From NCBI GenBank assembly GCA_041660505.1, contig JBAZWG010000001.1, positions 609,768-673,767 of the forward strand: a stretch of DNA of 64,000 bases. The letters are read 5' to 3'. This document shows positions 56,297 to 64,000 of this stretch, one piece after another (within the stretch, counting starts at the first letter, position 1; each line of letters begins with the position of its first letter). The notes beneath the pieces are model-generated. The model did not search any database. It saw only the letters and a program-made list of their open reading frames with translations, and was not told where the DNA came from. The translations under genes and the position numbers were made by a program. Origin of the DNA: Minisyncoccota bacterium (lineage in GTDB: Bacteria; Patescibacteriota; Minisyncoccia; Phycocordibacterales; JACRKE01).

Positions 56297-56650
56297 TTAA
56301 ATCCCTGAAATTGCCAATTGCGCCACGGCTTCGAATACCTTCGGATAGTCTGCGGCTAAGGTGGCGAGGACTTTGCGGTCGAGTTCTACGTTCTTCTTTT
56401 TGAGGTTGCCCATCAGCTTGCTGAAGGAGATGCCGTGTTTCTTCGATTCTGCGCCGATCTTGGTCTGGAAGAGCGCGCGCATATCACGCTTCTTGTCGCG
56501 GCGATGGCCGAAGGCGTATTGGTAGGCGTGAGCGAGGGCCTCCTTGGCAGCGGCCTCCTTCTTGGAGCGGCCGAAGCGATAACCCTTTACCTGCTTGAGT
56601 ACGTTTCTGCGGCGCTTCTGCGCGTTTAGTCCTTTCTTGATTCTGGCCAT
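56297..56650 (-). CDS. rplT: 50S ribosomal protein L20
   Basis: MARIKKGLNAQKRRRNVLKQVKGYRF is the L20 profile. Confidence 0.9.
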   Translation of the reverse strand: MARIKKGLNAQKRRRNVLKQVKGYRFGRSKKEAAAKEALAHAYQYAFGHRRDKKRDMRALFQTKIGAESKKHGISFSKLMGNLKKKNVELDRKVLATLAADYPKVFEAVAQLAISGI

Positions 56651-56713
56651 ATCTTTAGTTTAAAAATTAAATATCAAAAATCAAAATTTGAACTTTGATT
56701 TTTTATTTTTGAT

Positions 56714-56899
56714 TTATGGAAGTACGAGGTAGCTCGATAATTCCTTGCGGCGCACTTCGAGCTCGACTCCGCGCTTGTTGCGAAGCTGTTTCGAACGGCT
56801 CTCTTTGGCATTAAAGTGATTTTGCCCGGGCTTGCGACCGATGACCTTGCCGTTCTTGGTCACGCGGAAGCGCTTGGACATTGATTTCTTTGTTTTCAT
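56714..56899 (-). CDS. rpmI: 50S ribosomal protein L35
   Basis: MKTKKSMSKRFRVTKNGKVIGRKPGQNH is the L35 profile. Confidence 0.85.
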   Translation of the reverse strand: MKTKKSMSKRFRVTKNGKVIGRKPGQNHFNAKESRSKQLRNKRGVELEVRRKELSSYLVLP

Positions 56900-56901
56900 G
56901 A

Positions 56902-57423
56902 TTATTGTTTTTCTATAGTTACTGCTAAACCCTTCATACTTTTCTTTATCGGGTCAGTGACCTTGAACGGCTCGGTGATAAGAACCAGAATTCGTTCCAA
57001 ACGCTCCTTCAAGAAGTTGAACTCCATATATTTGGAACGGCCCTTGAGGAAGAGCTCGATGTGAACTTTGTGCCCTTCCTTCAGGAACTTGGAGGCGTTC
57101 TTGGCCTTGAGCTCTAGGTCGTGGTCGCCGGTGCCCACCTTCACTTGGAGCATCTTGAGCTCCGAGACATGGGCGTTCGCCTTGGCCACCTTCTGCTTCT
57201 TGTTTTCGAGGTACTGATACTTGCCGAAGTCCATGATCTTCGCCACCGGGGGTACGGCGGTCGGGGAGATCTCGATCAGGTCTAAGCCCTGCTCCTTCGC
57301 GACTCTTAGCGCCTCGCTTATGGAGATAACGCCCAAATTTTGACCATCACCCATAACAACCCGTAATTCGGGCGCGGTAATCTGGTTATTTATGCGTATT
57401 TTCTTATAGAACAAGGTAGGCAA
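56902..57423 (-). CDS. infC: translation initiation factor IF-3
   Basis: INNQITAPELRVV...GVISISEALRVAKEQGLDLIEISP is the IF3 N- and C-domain profile; start codon uncertain, since infC often uses non-ATG starts. Confidence 0.82.
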   Translation of the reverse strand: MPTLFYKKIRINNQITAPELRVVMGDGQNLGVISISEALRVAKEQGLDLIEISPTAVPPVAKIMDFGKYQYLENKKQKVAKANAHVSELKMLQVKVGTGDHDLELKAKNASKFLKEGHKVHIELFLKGRSKYMEFNFLKERLERILVLITEPFKVTDPIKKSMKGLAVTIEKQ

Positions 57424-57474
57424 ATAATAGTACAGAATGGGGGAAAAAGCAAGCGGGCGAGGCTTATTTGGGCT

Positions 57475-58203
57475 CTATGCTCTTAGCTTGGGGCGTATCA
57501 TAAATAGTCTGCGTGTTGCGTTCTCATAATACGCATCGTCGCGCCCATGACTTGCCTTTGGCTCAACCATGATACTCGGTTTAAAGCCGAGACCCTCTTT
57601 TACAACATTCGTGATAAGTGCCGTAGATTCATCATGTACCTTTTGGTATGAGTTGCCGGTATGAGGCGATATGCCCGGTAAATATGAACCGGAAAATATT
57701 ACGGCGTCTATTGTCCCCGGCTCGCAACGCTCTTTTATTTCTGTCAGGCTGTTTGATAGGTCTGCGATAAATTTATTTTTATTCTCGTCGCTCTTCAAAA
57801 AGAATGTCGGGTTTTGATGGGTTAGGAATGAAATATCGACGCCGAGCTCTTTGTCTTGGCCGGTTACAACGAGCCCGGTGCAGTCGGCGTATTCTTTCGA
57901 CAGCTTATCCCGTCCGTCGACAGGGGAGATGACATAACTTTTCTCGCCGGCATTCTTGATACGCTTTTCTGTCAGTTTCTTCGGGTCGGCATAGAAGCTT
58001 AGTTCTATAAGTTTATTTTCTCTTTCCGCAAGTTCTGTCCGTATAACATTTTCAACCATATTAGATAGGTGCAATGTCGGTCCAGGCTGTTCTTTATAAT
58101 CCCACCAATCGCCAAGGCAAGCCATGATAGGTTTAATATCAGGATTCAGATGTTCCAGCCCGGGACGCTTCTCTGTTTCTGTAGAAATGTTTTCACTAGT
58201 CAT
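57475..58203 (-). CDS. hypothetical protein
   Basis: ORF with start set at MTSENIST; no motif recognised. Confidence 0.45.
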   Translation of the reverse strand: MTSENISTETEKRPGLEHLNPDIKPIMACLGDWWDYKEQPGPTLHLSNMVENVIRTELAERENKLIELSFYADPKKLTEKRIKNAGEKSYVISPVDGRDKLSKEYADCTGLVVTGQDKELGVDISFLTHQNPTFFLKSDENKNKFIADLSNSLTEIKERCEPGTIDAVIFSGSYLPGISPHTGNSYQKVHDESTALITNVVKEGLGFKPSIMVEPKASHGRDDAYYENATRRLFMIRPKLRA

Positions 58204-58256
58204 ATTCAGTATTATAACAGAGCAAGGAAGCACCAAAAAGCAATTTCGAAATCAGT

Positions 58257-58285
58257 TTGACTTAGAGTCAACAGCATGGTATAGT
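58257..58285 (+). promoter_or_regulatory. promoter TTGACT-N17-TATAGT
   Basis: Upstream of the GC-rich ORF; RBS AAGGAGG at 58317-58323. Confidence 0.5.
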
Positions 58286-58322
58286 ATAACCGACTAAGAA
58301 CTTTGACAGACAGGGAAAGGAG

Positions 58323-59363
58323 GTGAGAAATTTGTCTGTTTCGGTCGAAATCCTGCAGGGTGCACACCAGCACATCCTGCCAGCCGGTATGCTCAAGCTG
58401 ATCCGCGTACTGTTGCGGATAGCTGGCTACCGCGGGCGGTGGTTTGTAATGCACGGCCCGGCCATCACCGGTACCCACCACACGCAAGGTGTACGGGTGA
58501 AGGAGGAGTTGGCACCGGACACAGTGGGCACCGTGGAGCTGGATTGCCAGCCTGGCGACAATAAGTCCAGGCGGACTATGTGGCTCCACATCCAGAACGG
58601 CTATCGAAAGGAGGAGGTGATAGCCAAACTCAAGGCGGCAACCGCGAAGCTGCGCTGGCCACCTACCAAAAACAAGAAGCGAAAGAAGCTAATACCCAAG
58701 GTTTCTTTCGCGGAATTTCTGGCGCGTGCAGTGCCGGAACAAGGAGGACATACCATGGAAGATCCCAACAAAACCGGCGTCCCAACGCCGGAGGCACCGA
58801 ACACAACCGAGGGCGAGACCGGCAACAAGCCGGCCAGGCCCAAGTACCAGGGTAGCCCTGCCGACGACCCGGTGTGGGTCAAGCGAGCAGTCGAGGCTTT
58901 CTTGAAGGCAACTGCCGGGGAGAAGGTGATCAAGGCGAATCTCCTCGGGAAGTTTCTCGGGAGAGAAGTGGATCGGTGGTCGTCCCGGACCGTCAAGGCC
59001 CTCGTGAACAGAGGGTACTTGGTTCGGGTCCACGCGCACGGTGACCCAAAGAAGGCTGTGGTCGCCTACGAGGTCACAGATAAGGCGCTCGCGCTCGTGC
59101 GCGGCGTCGAGCCGGAGAAGGATGACGCAACCAAGCGCCGGCTCGAGCGCCTCGCCAAACTTGAGGAGAAGGCGAGACCCATTCTCGAGCTCGAGAAGGA
59201 GCTCGTTGTCGCCGAGGATGAGATTTCGCGCCTAGAGTGTGAGTTGCCCGCGGCCATGTATGTGGCCGAAAAAATCAAGAAGCGCCTCTCGGAGCAGGAA
59301 GACGAGGCGAAGCAGGCGCGCGAGCTCCTGCGGGTCCTCGATGGCAAGGACGACAAGAGCTAG
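58323..59363 (+). CDS. hypothetical GC-rich protein with C-terminal coiled coil
   Basis: Start is GTG at 58323 or TTG at 58332 after RBS AAGGAGG; followed by hairpin CCCACCCCGAC-GAAGT-GTCGGGGTGGG. Confidence 0.5.
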   Translation: MRNLSVSVEILQGAHQHILPAGMLKLIRVLLRIAGYRGRWFVMHGPAITGTHHTQGVRVKEELAPDTVGTVELDCQPGDNKSRRTMWLHIQNGYRKEEVIAKLKAATAKLRWPPTKNKKRKKLIPKVSFAEFLARAVPEQGGHTMEDPNKTGVPTPEAPNTTEGETGNKPARPKYQGSPADDPVWVKRAVEAFLKATAGEKVIKANLLGKFLGREVDRWSSRTVKALVNRGYLVRVHAHGDPKKAVVAYEVTDKALALVRGVEPEKDDATKRRLERLAKLEEKARPILELEKELVVAEDEISRLECELPAAMYVAEKIKKRLSEQEDEAKQARELLRVLDGKDDKS

Positions 59364-59375
59364 CCTTTCCCCGTG

Positions 59376-59404
59376 TGCCCACCCCGACGAAGTGTCGGGG
59401 TGGG
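59376..59404 (+). terminator. hairpin CCCACCCCGACGAAGTGTCGGGGTGGGCGAGG
   Basis: 11-bp perfect stem; near-identical to the element at 60843. Confidence 0.5.
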
Positions 59405-59699
59405 CGAGGCAAGCGAGTGAGAGCCTGATAGATTAAGAACCTATCTTAATCTCGCTCAAATAACAAAACAGATCACGCAAAATACGTGGTCTTTTTTGTT
59501 TCTAATATACATCATTTCTGTGCTATAGCAGAGCGGTGATGTATGTGTCGGAGGCGAGACCTCGGACAATAAAGAGATTCTGAAACTGGTTTAATCAGGT
59601 CGACATTTGGCCATAAATATGGTAGATGTAAAGGCCGTACTCGCTGTTTTGACATAATAATACTGACTGAAACTATTTAACATAAAACACTACAGAGCT

Positions 59700-60824
59700 T
59701 TGCTCGAAAGGGGACTCATCATGGACTTTACGCTTCAGGAAAAAGATGGTCTGCCGGTTTTGCTCGCAGTCATGAAGATTGTCCGGATGGTTCTCTCGAT
59801 GCTCCCCGGAATTTTCGGGGAGTTCTTCATCGAGCCGGCAGGAGACAAGCGGGTAGAGAAGGACACGCCTGATATGTCCGTCGCCCAGTACGTCCCGGGT
59901 GTCGTCTATATCAAGGTTGTGGTCAGCCGACCCACGACTGGCAAGAGGCTTTACACCAGCCGGCTCTATTTGCCAGCCGGCATGGAAACCTATAATTTCC
60001 TTGCCGTATGCAAGGCGATTATCGACTTCATGTTGAAAGCCAAACCGCCACCACCAGACCTGTGCATTAAGAAGATCGAGGTGGAACCACTGCCTCTGAT
60101 GGCGGAGGTTAAACCTCCGACGGACGCGGAAGATCCAGAAGAGAAAGACCTTCTGGCTGGTCTAGAACATCCGGCCGACAAGGTCGAGATTCCGACTCCT
60201 GTCCCCGCGCCCGCAACCGAGCCAGCTCCGGTCATGATGGCGGAGGTTAAACCTCCGCCAATCGACCTCGGTATCCCGCTCGAGGAGATCGAGGCGCAGT
60301 TCGCGCCGGATATTCCCGAGATTGTCGTGGAGCCGGAGGTTGAGTTGCTGCCGATGTTAGAAGTGGCGGAGGAGCCGGCAGAGCCGAGGGCGCTCACACC
60401 GACGGAACGCCTTGCCCTAGTAGCACGAGGCGAAACGGAGAAGGCACAGGCGGCAACGCCTCCACCGCCAAAGCCGACGAAGGTTGACTTAGGCCTCCGG
60501 CTCAAGAGATGGTTCGGAAGCGAGGATAACTTCGCCTCCGTTTCTCTCATGATGGCGGCGCTCGTGAGGGAGGCGGGGTATTCCGACCACGTGCTGAAGT
60601 ATGGTGTGGAGGATTTCCCCAAGGCTTCCACCCTCGAGCGGCAGGAGATTGAAATCCTTGGCCGCAACGAGTGGAGTGCCGAAGTCGATCTCCACCTTCG
60701 GATTGGTGGGAAATTGGTCAACTTCAAGACGAAGCTCAACTTCGGCAAGCCCCAGCGCGGGGAGCGGATGTTTCGCAATCTGCAAACTGCGGCGCGCCGA
60801 CTCAACAAGTACTTTCGCCGATAG
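59700..60824 (+). CDS. hypothetical GC-rich Pro/Glu-rich protein
   Basis: 374-aa ORF with a central PEPEV low-complexity region; followed by the same hairpin family. Confidence 0.5.
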   Translation: MLERGLIMDFTLQEKDGLPVLLAVMKIVRMVLSMLPGIFGEFFIEPAGDKRVEKDTPDMSVAQYVPGVVYIKVVVSRPTTGKRLYTSRLYLPAGMETYNFLAVCKAIIDFMLKAKPPPPDLCIKKIEVEPLPLMAEVKPPTDAEDPEEKDLLAGLEHPADKVEIPTPVPAPATEPAPVMMAEVKPPPIDLGIPLEEIEAQFAPDIPEIVVEPEVELLPMLEVAEEPAEPRALTPTERLALVARGETEKAQAATPPPPKPTKVDLGLRLKRWFGSEDNFASVSLMMAALVREAGYSDHVLKYGVEDFPKASTLERQEIEILGRNEWSAEVDLHLRIGGKLVNFKTKLNFGKPQRGERMFRNLQTAARRLNKYFRR

Positions 60825-60842
60825 AGGTGGGTCAGTCAGAGC

Positions 60843-60871
60843 GCCCGCCCCGACGCAGTGTCGGGGCGGGC
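60843..60871 (+). terminator. hairpin CCCGCCCCGACGCAGTGTCGGGGCGGGCGAGG (paralogous to 59376)
   Basis: Same stem-loop with two compensatory changes. Confidence 0.5.
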
Positions 60872-61048
60872 GAGGTCAAGAGAACAGTCTGAATGTAGCC
60901 AAGGAGAGACCTCCGCTCGAAACCGGAGGACTCACCTTCGCTTCAAAATAATTCGGGCTGTTTTTTTAGTTTATACTCCAAAGAAACAACATCTCGTTTT
61001 CCAGAAATTCTAAATAAATAAGCGGTCGCTGATTAATTTAGACAAACA

Positions 61049-61840
61049 CTAGCCGCCGAAGGTCATGAAGTTGGCGCTTTCATATTTGCGTACGCCGTAC
61101 TTGAAAATATTTATTGATAGGAAGAACCAGAATATTGATAGTGTAAAAAGTAAAATTATTTTATCCGGCGTGAAGTTCCTAATCGCCTCAATAGGTAAGG
61201 CGCCGACCAGTAGTGACGGAATAATAAATGTGTAAACGAATCGCATCCCGCCTTGGAACGCTCCGCCATGGAATAATGTCGGTGTCATAAAGAGCTCGAA
61301 GAGTCCGGTCGTAACAGTATTCGCATCGACGAAGAAGAAGCTGAAGGAGTATACAGTAACCACAGCAGAGAAGAACACAAGTGTTGAAATAATTATAAGC
61401 GGTATCGCCAACAGGATTTGGAAAACAGAGGCATGAATTAAAAAGGCATAGGCAATAAGTCCGACAATGCCGAAGGTCAGATCGCCGAGCGCAGAAGCGC
61501 CGAAGGCCGACGTGGCTATTCGCAATAGTAAATTTTTTGGCGAGAGCATAAATCGATCGAATGAGCCGGACGACACATAGTCAGCAAGTTTGCGCAGACC
61601 GCCACAGGCAGAAAATACGATACCGTAACTGATTGCCAAGAACCCTTGCATGCCGATTATGTCTGACGCTGTCCATCCGCCGATGATACCGACAGATTTA
61701 ACGAAGAATACCCAGAGAATAATGAAGGCGATATTATTAAGCGCCATGCCGATGACGTTCATAAGGAAGCTGGTGCGAAGTTCCGCACTGCTCTGGATAT
61801 TCTTCTTTATTGCATATAAGGCGAATTTAAGTTCATTCAT
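61049..61840 (-). CDS. ABC-2-type transporter permease
   Basis: Six TM helices, 263 aa, operonic with the ATPase. Confidence 0.62.
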   Translation of the reverse strand: MNELKFALYAIKKNIQSSAELRTSFLMNVIGMALNNIAFIILWVFFVKSVGIIGGWTASDIIGMQGFLAISYGIVFSACGGLRKLADYVSSGSFDRFMLSPKNLLLRIATSAFGASALGDLTFGIVGLIAYAFLIHASVFQILLAIPLIIISTLVFFSAVVTVYSFSFFFVDANTVTTGLFELFMTPTLFHGGAFQGGMRFVYTFIIPSLLVGALPIEAIRNFTPDKIILLFTLSIFWFFLSINIFKYGVRKYESANFMTFGG

Positions 61841-61849
61841 ATTTTTATT

Positions 61850-62650
61850 CTAACCGCCGTTTACAGAAACATTAACTTTTGCTTTATTGAACATAAAATA
61901 TACAGCGATAGACAGCACGATTATCCAGACAGCCTGAATGCTTAACAGTCTCGGCCAATCGGTTTGCCACGTTGCGTAGACGGTGTGAGTGATAAAGAAT
62001 GAAGCGCCGAATGGGCTGTATGTGGCGAGCTTCTGCATAAATTCCGGGAAGAGGGCGACAGGGAGGTATGACCCGCCCAGTATCATCACGGCTTTGTTTA
62101 CTATCCAAAAGACCGGTACAACATCCTCTATCCAGAAGGCCAAAAGCCCGACGACAGAGTAAATGAGGATATTAAGGACAGTGCAGAATAGAAGCGTGAT
62201 GACAAGCGTTGGCAAGAAGATATTTACAGTCATTGTGTCAGGGATGCCGATGAGGAGAGCCAGAATTATTGTAGAAAGTATTGTGATGAAGGCGAATGAA
62301 TACAAGCCGGCGCCGATTTGCCACCATATTCTGTATGAGAGATACGAAATGGGTTTAGAAAGCAAAACCTCAACGTTGCCGGATTGGACGTCTTGCATAA
62401 TTAGCCGAGCGATATCGCGCAGACGGAAGACAGAGAAGGTGAAGTAGAAAAAGATGCTCCACGCGGCGTAGGAGAATGGTATGCCTTTTATTATTCCGCC
62501 ATTAAGTTTGTAGACGTACCAATACAAGCCAAGTAAGACTCCGCAACGCGCCACCATCGTCATAGTATCTATTGCCAACCGGCCCGGGTATTGGATGTGG
62601 TCTCTGACTTGCGTCGTAATTATTTTATTGGCCAGCCTTATCGCTTTCAT
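61850..62650 (-). CDS. ABC-2-type transporter permease (second)
   Basis: Six TM helices, 266 aa; overlaps the ATPase gene end. Confidence 0.62.
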   Translation of the reverse strand: MKAIRLANKIITTQVRDHIQYPGRLAIDTMTMVARCGVLLGLYWYVYKLNGGIIKGIPFSYAAWSIFFYFTFSVFRLRDIARLIMQDVQSGNVEVLLSKPISYLSYRIWWQIGAGLYSFAFITILSTIILALLIGIPDTMTVNIFLPTLVITLLFCTVLNILIYSVVGLLAFWIEDVVPVFWIVNKAVMILGGSYLPVALFPEFMQKLATYSPFGASFFITHTVYATWQTDWPRLLSIQAVWIIVLSIAVYFMFNKAKVNVSVNGG

Positions 62651-63623
62651 AGATGTGTCTGATTACCGCCTCAAGGTCGGCGTTGTTCACGTCGATGTCC
62701 TCAACTTCGAACAGGTCGAGCAATTTACGGAGAGCGTTTTTTACCGAAATTTTATTTATATCTACGATGACGGAAATTTTATTCACGTCTTTAGAGGCGT
62801 AGCGTATGCCATCCGGCAGTTCGGGGAAGTTCCGGAAATGTTCATCGGCGATAAGGTCGATGTATTTCTCGTAAACGAAGGCCTTGGCCAGTTCATTAGT
62901 CGGCAAGTTCTTGATTATCACGCCATGATTGATGATGATGGTCCTGTCGCAGAGAGTTTCGACATCACCGACATCGTGCGAGGTTAGGAATATTGTCGTT
63001 TTCTCTTCTTTATTTATCTTAAGAAGCAAATCGCGCAGAGATTTCTTGGCCACCACGTCGAGGCCGATGGTTGGCTCGTCGAGCAGAATTATCTTAGGCT
63101 TATGGATGAGGGCGGCTGCGACTTCTGCCCGCATACGCTGGCCGAGCGATAATTTCCTAACCGGTTGAGTGGCAAACGAGCCTAGGTCGAATATTCCGAC
63201 CAATTCTTCAATCCGCTTTTTTATTTCCGTATCGGTCATGTCGTACATCACGCCAAAGAATTCGAACGAGTCTGTGATGGGCAAGTTGGGCAGGAGTTGT
63301 GAACGCTGGCCGAAGACAGTACCTATCTGATAAGCGAGTTTCTTTCTGTCCTTTGCTGGGTCAAGGCCTAAGACGCTTATTTCTCCCGCAGTTGGGTATA
63401 ATATGCCCGTAAGCATTTTAATCGTAGTGGACTTGCCTGCGCCGTTCGGGCCGATAAAGGCCACTCGCTCGCCGCTTTTGACCGAGAGGGAGATGTTGTC
63501 CACGGCTATTATCTCTTTGGTCACGGGCGCAAAGAGGTTTCTGACCCATCCACGAGAAGAGTCTCTGGCCGAAAAGGCGAACTTTTTCGTCAGATTAGTA
63601 ACAGTTATCGAATTGGATTTCAT
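62625..63623 (-). CDS. ABC transporter ATP-binding protein
   Basis: Walker A GPNGAGKSTT; ABC signature LSLGQRMRAE; Walker B ILLDEPTIGLD. Confidence 0.85.
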   Translation of the reverse strand: MKSNSITVTNLTKKFAFSARDSSRGWVRNLFAPVTKEIIAVDNISLSVKSGERVAFIGPNGAGKSTTIKMLTGILYPTAGEISVLGLDPAKDRKKLAYQIGTVFGQRSQLLPNLPITDSFEFFGVMYDMTDTEIKKRIEELVGIFDLGSFATQPVRKLSLGQRMRAEVAAALIHKPKIILLDEPTIGLDVVAKKSLRDLLLKINKEEKTTIFLTSHDVGDVETLCDRTIIINHGVIIKNLPTNELAKAFVYEKYIDLIADEHFRNFPELPDGIRYASKDVNKISVIVDINKISVKNALRKLLDLFEVEDIDVNNADLEAVIRHIYESDKAGQ

Positions 63624-63649
63624 GCCAAATTAGTATACACTAATTCAGT

Positions 63650-64000
63650 ATGTTTACCGAAATCCGCAACAAGAAGGCCCACTTTAACTACGATATCCTC
63701 GAGAAATTTGAGGCGGGGATAGAGCTTTTTGGATTTGAAGTAAAATCAGTGAAAGGCGGGCACGGGAGCTTGGAGGGAACACGCGTTATTATTCGTGATA
63801 ATGAGGCATATCTAATAGGCGTAAATATTCCGCCGTATCAGACGGGCAACACGCCGGCTGGGTATGACCCAACGCGCACGCGCAAGCTTTTACTGACTAA
63901 GAAGGAAATTAAAGAGCTGATTGGTAAGGGCGAACAGGCAGGCTTGACTATCGTGCCACTGGCGTTGTATAATAAGAGCGGACGGATCAAAGTAAGCATT
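63650..64000 (+). CDS. smpB: SsrA-binding protein SmpB (partial, runs off the window)
   Basis: Unlisted ORF MFTEIRNKKAHFNYDILEKFEAGIELFGFEVKSVKGG...RKLLLTKKEI matches the SmpB profile. Confidence 0.78.
   Translation, partial: MFTEIRNKKAHFNYDILEKFEAGIELFGFEVKSVKGGHGSLEGTRVIIRDNEAYLIGVNIPPYQTGNTPAGYDPTRTRKLLLTKKEIKELIGKGEQAGLTIVPLALYNKSGRIKVSI

Noticed and set aside
59990-60808. 272-aa minus-strand ORF antisense to the GC-rich 374-aa gene
   Set aside because: It is a GC-rich antisense frame, Ser/Gly-rich low complexity, with no start context.
1-64000. CRISPR arrays, transposases, integrases or prophage genes
   Set aside because: No regularly spaced direct repeats and no transposase/integrase-like translations were seen. 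The compositional islands lack recognisable mobility genes inside this window.

Overview
The window is a gene-dense bacterial chromosome segment that is probably from a Patescibacteria/CPR-like organism. It has compact ribosomal-protein operons with no L30 gene between S5 and L15, few Shine-Dalgarno sites, multiple GH130, LamG and Kelch surface proteins, and a giant 1744-aa surface protein. Core genes include tRNA-Ile, murD, murC, rsmI, rnc, a partial spc operon (rpsN-rpsH-rplF-rplR-rpsE-rplO-secY-adk-map), infC-rpmI-rplT, nfo, a P-type ATPase, a Pif1-like helicase and a partial smpB at the right edge. Base composition is visibly heterogeneous: GC-rich blocks at about 5.4-12.8 kb and 58.3-60.9 kb, and AT-rich blocks at about 26.5-28.6 kb and 30.4-32.2 kb. 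The 5.4-12.8 kb block carries pyrD-pyrF-pyrE, an aminoacyl-tRNA-synthetase-like catalytic core and hypothetical genes. The most interesting system is an unannotated RiPP-like locus on the minus strand at 28.7-30.3 kb. It consists of a 48-aa Cys/Asp-rich precursor peptide ORF with a strong RBS, a 16-bp attenuator hairpin, and a radical-SAM/SPASM maturase. Its promoter contains a C9/G9 homopolymer tract. It is flanked by a coupled PRMT-like methyltransferase and a multi-TM histidine kinase. Two short repeat families are also present. One is a GC-rich palindromic element inserted in-frame into at least four coding genes, giving PSPKERGG-type peptides. The other is an AAGGTT(C/A)AACCTT double-palindrome hairpin placed between ribosomal-protein genes. 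Two strand-specific non-coding transcripts are inferred from promoter plus terminator pairs, at about 22.17-22.55 kb (minus) and 45.60-45.76 kb (plus). No CRISPR arrays, transposases or integrases were seen. All calls come from reading the sequence and ORF translations; no database search was run.
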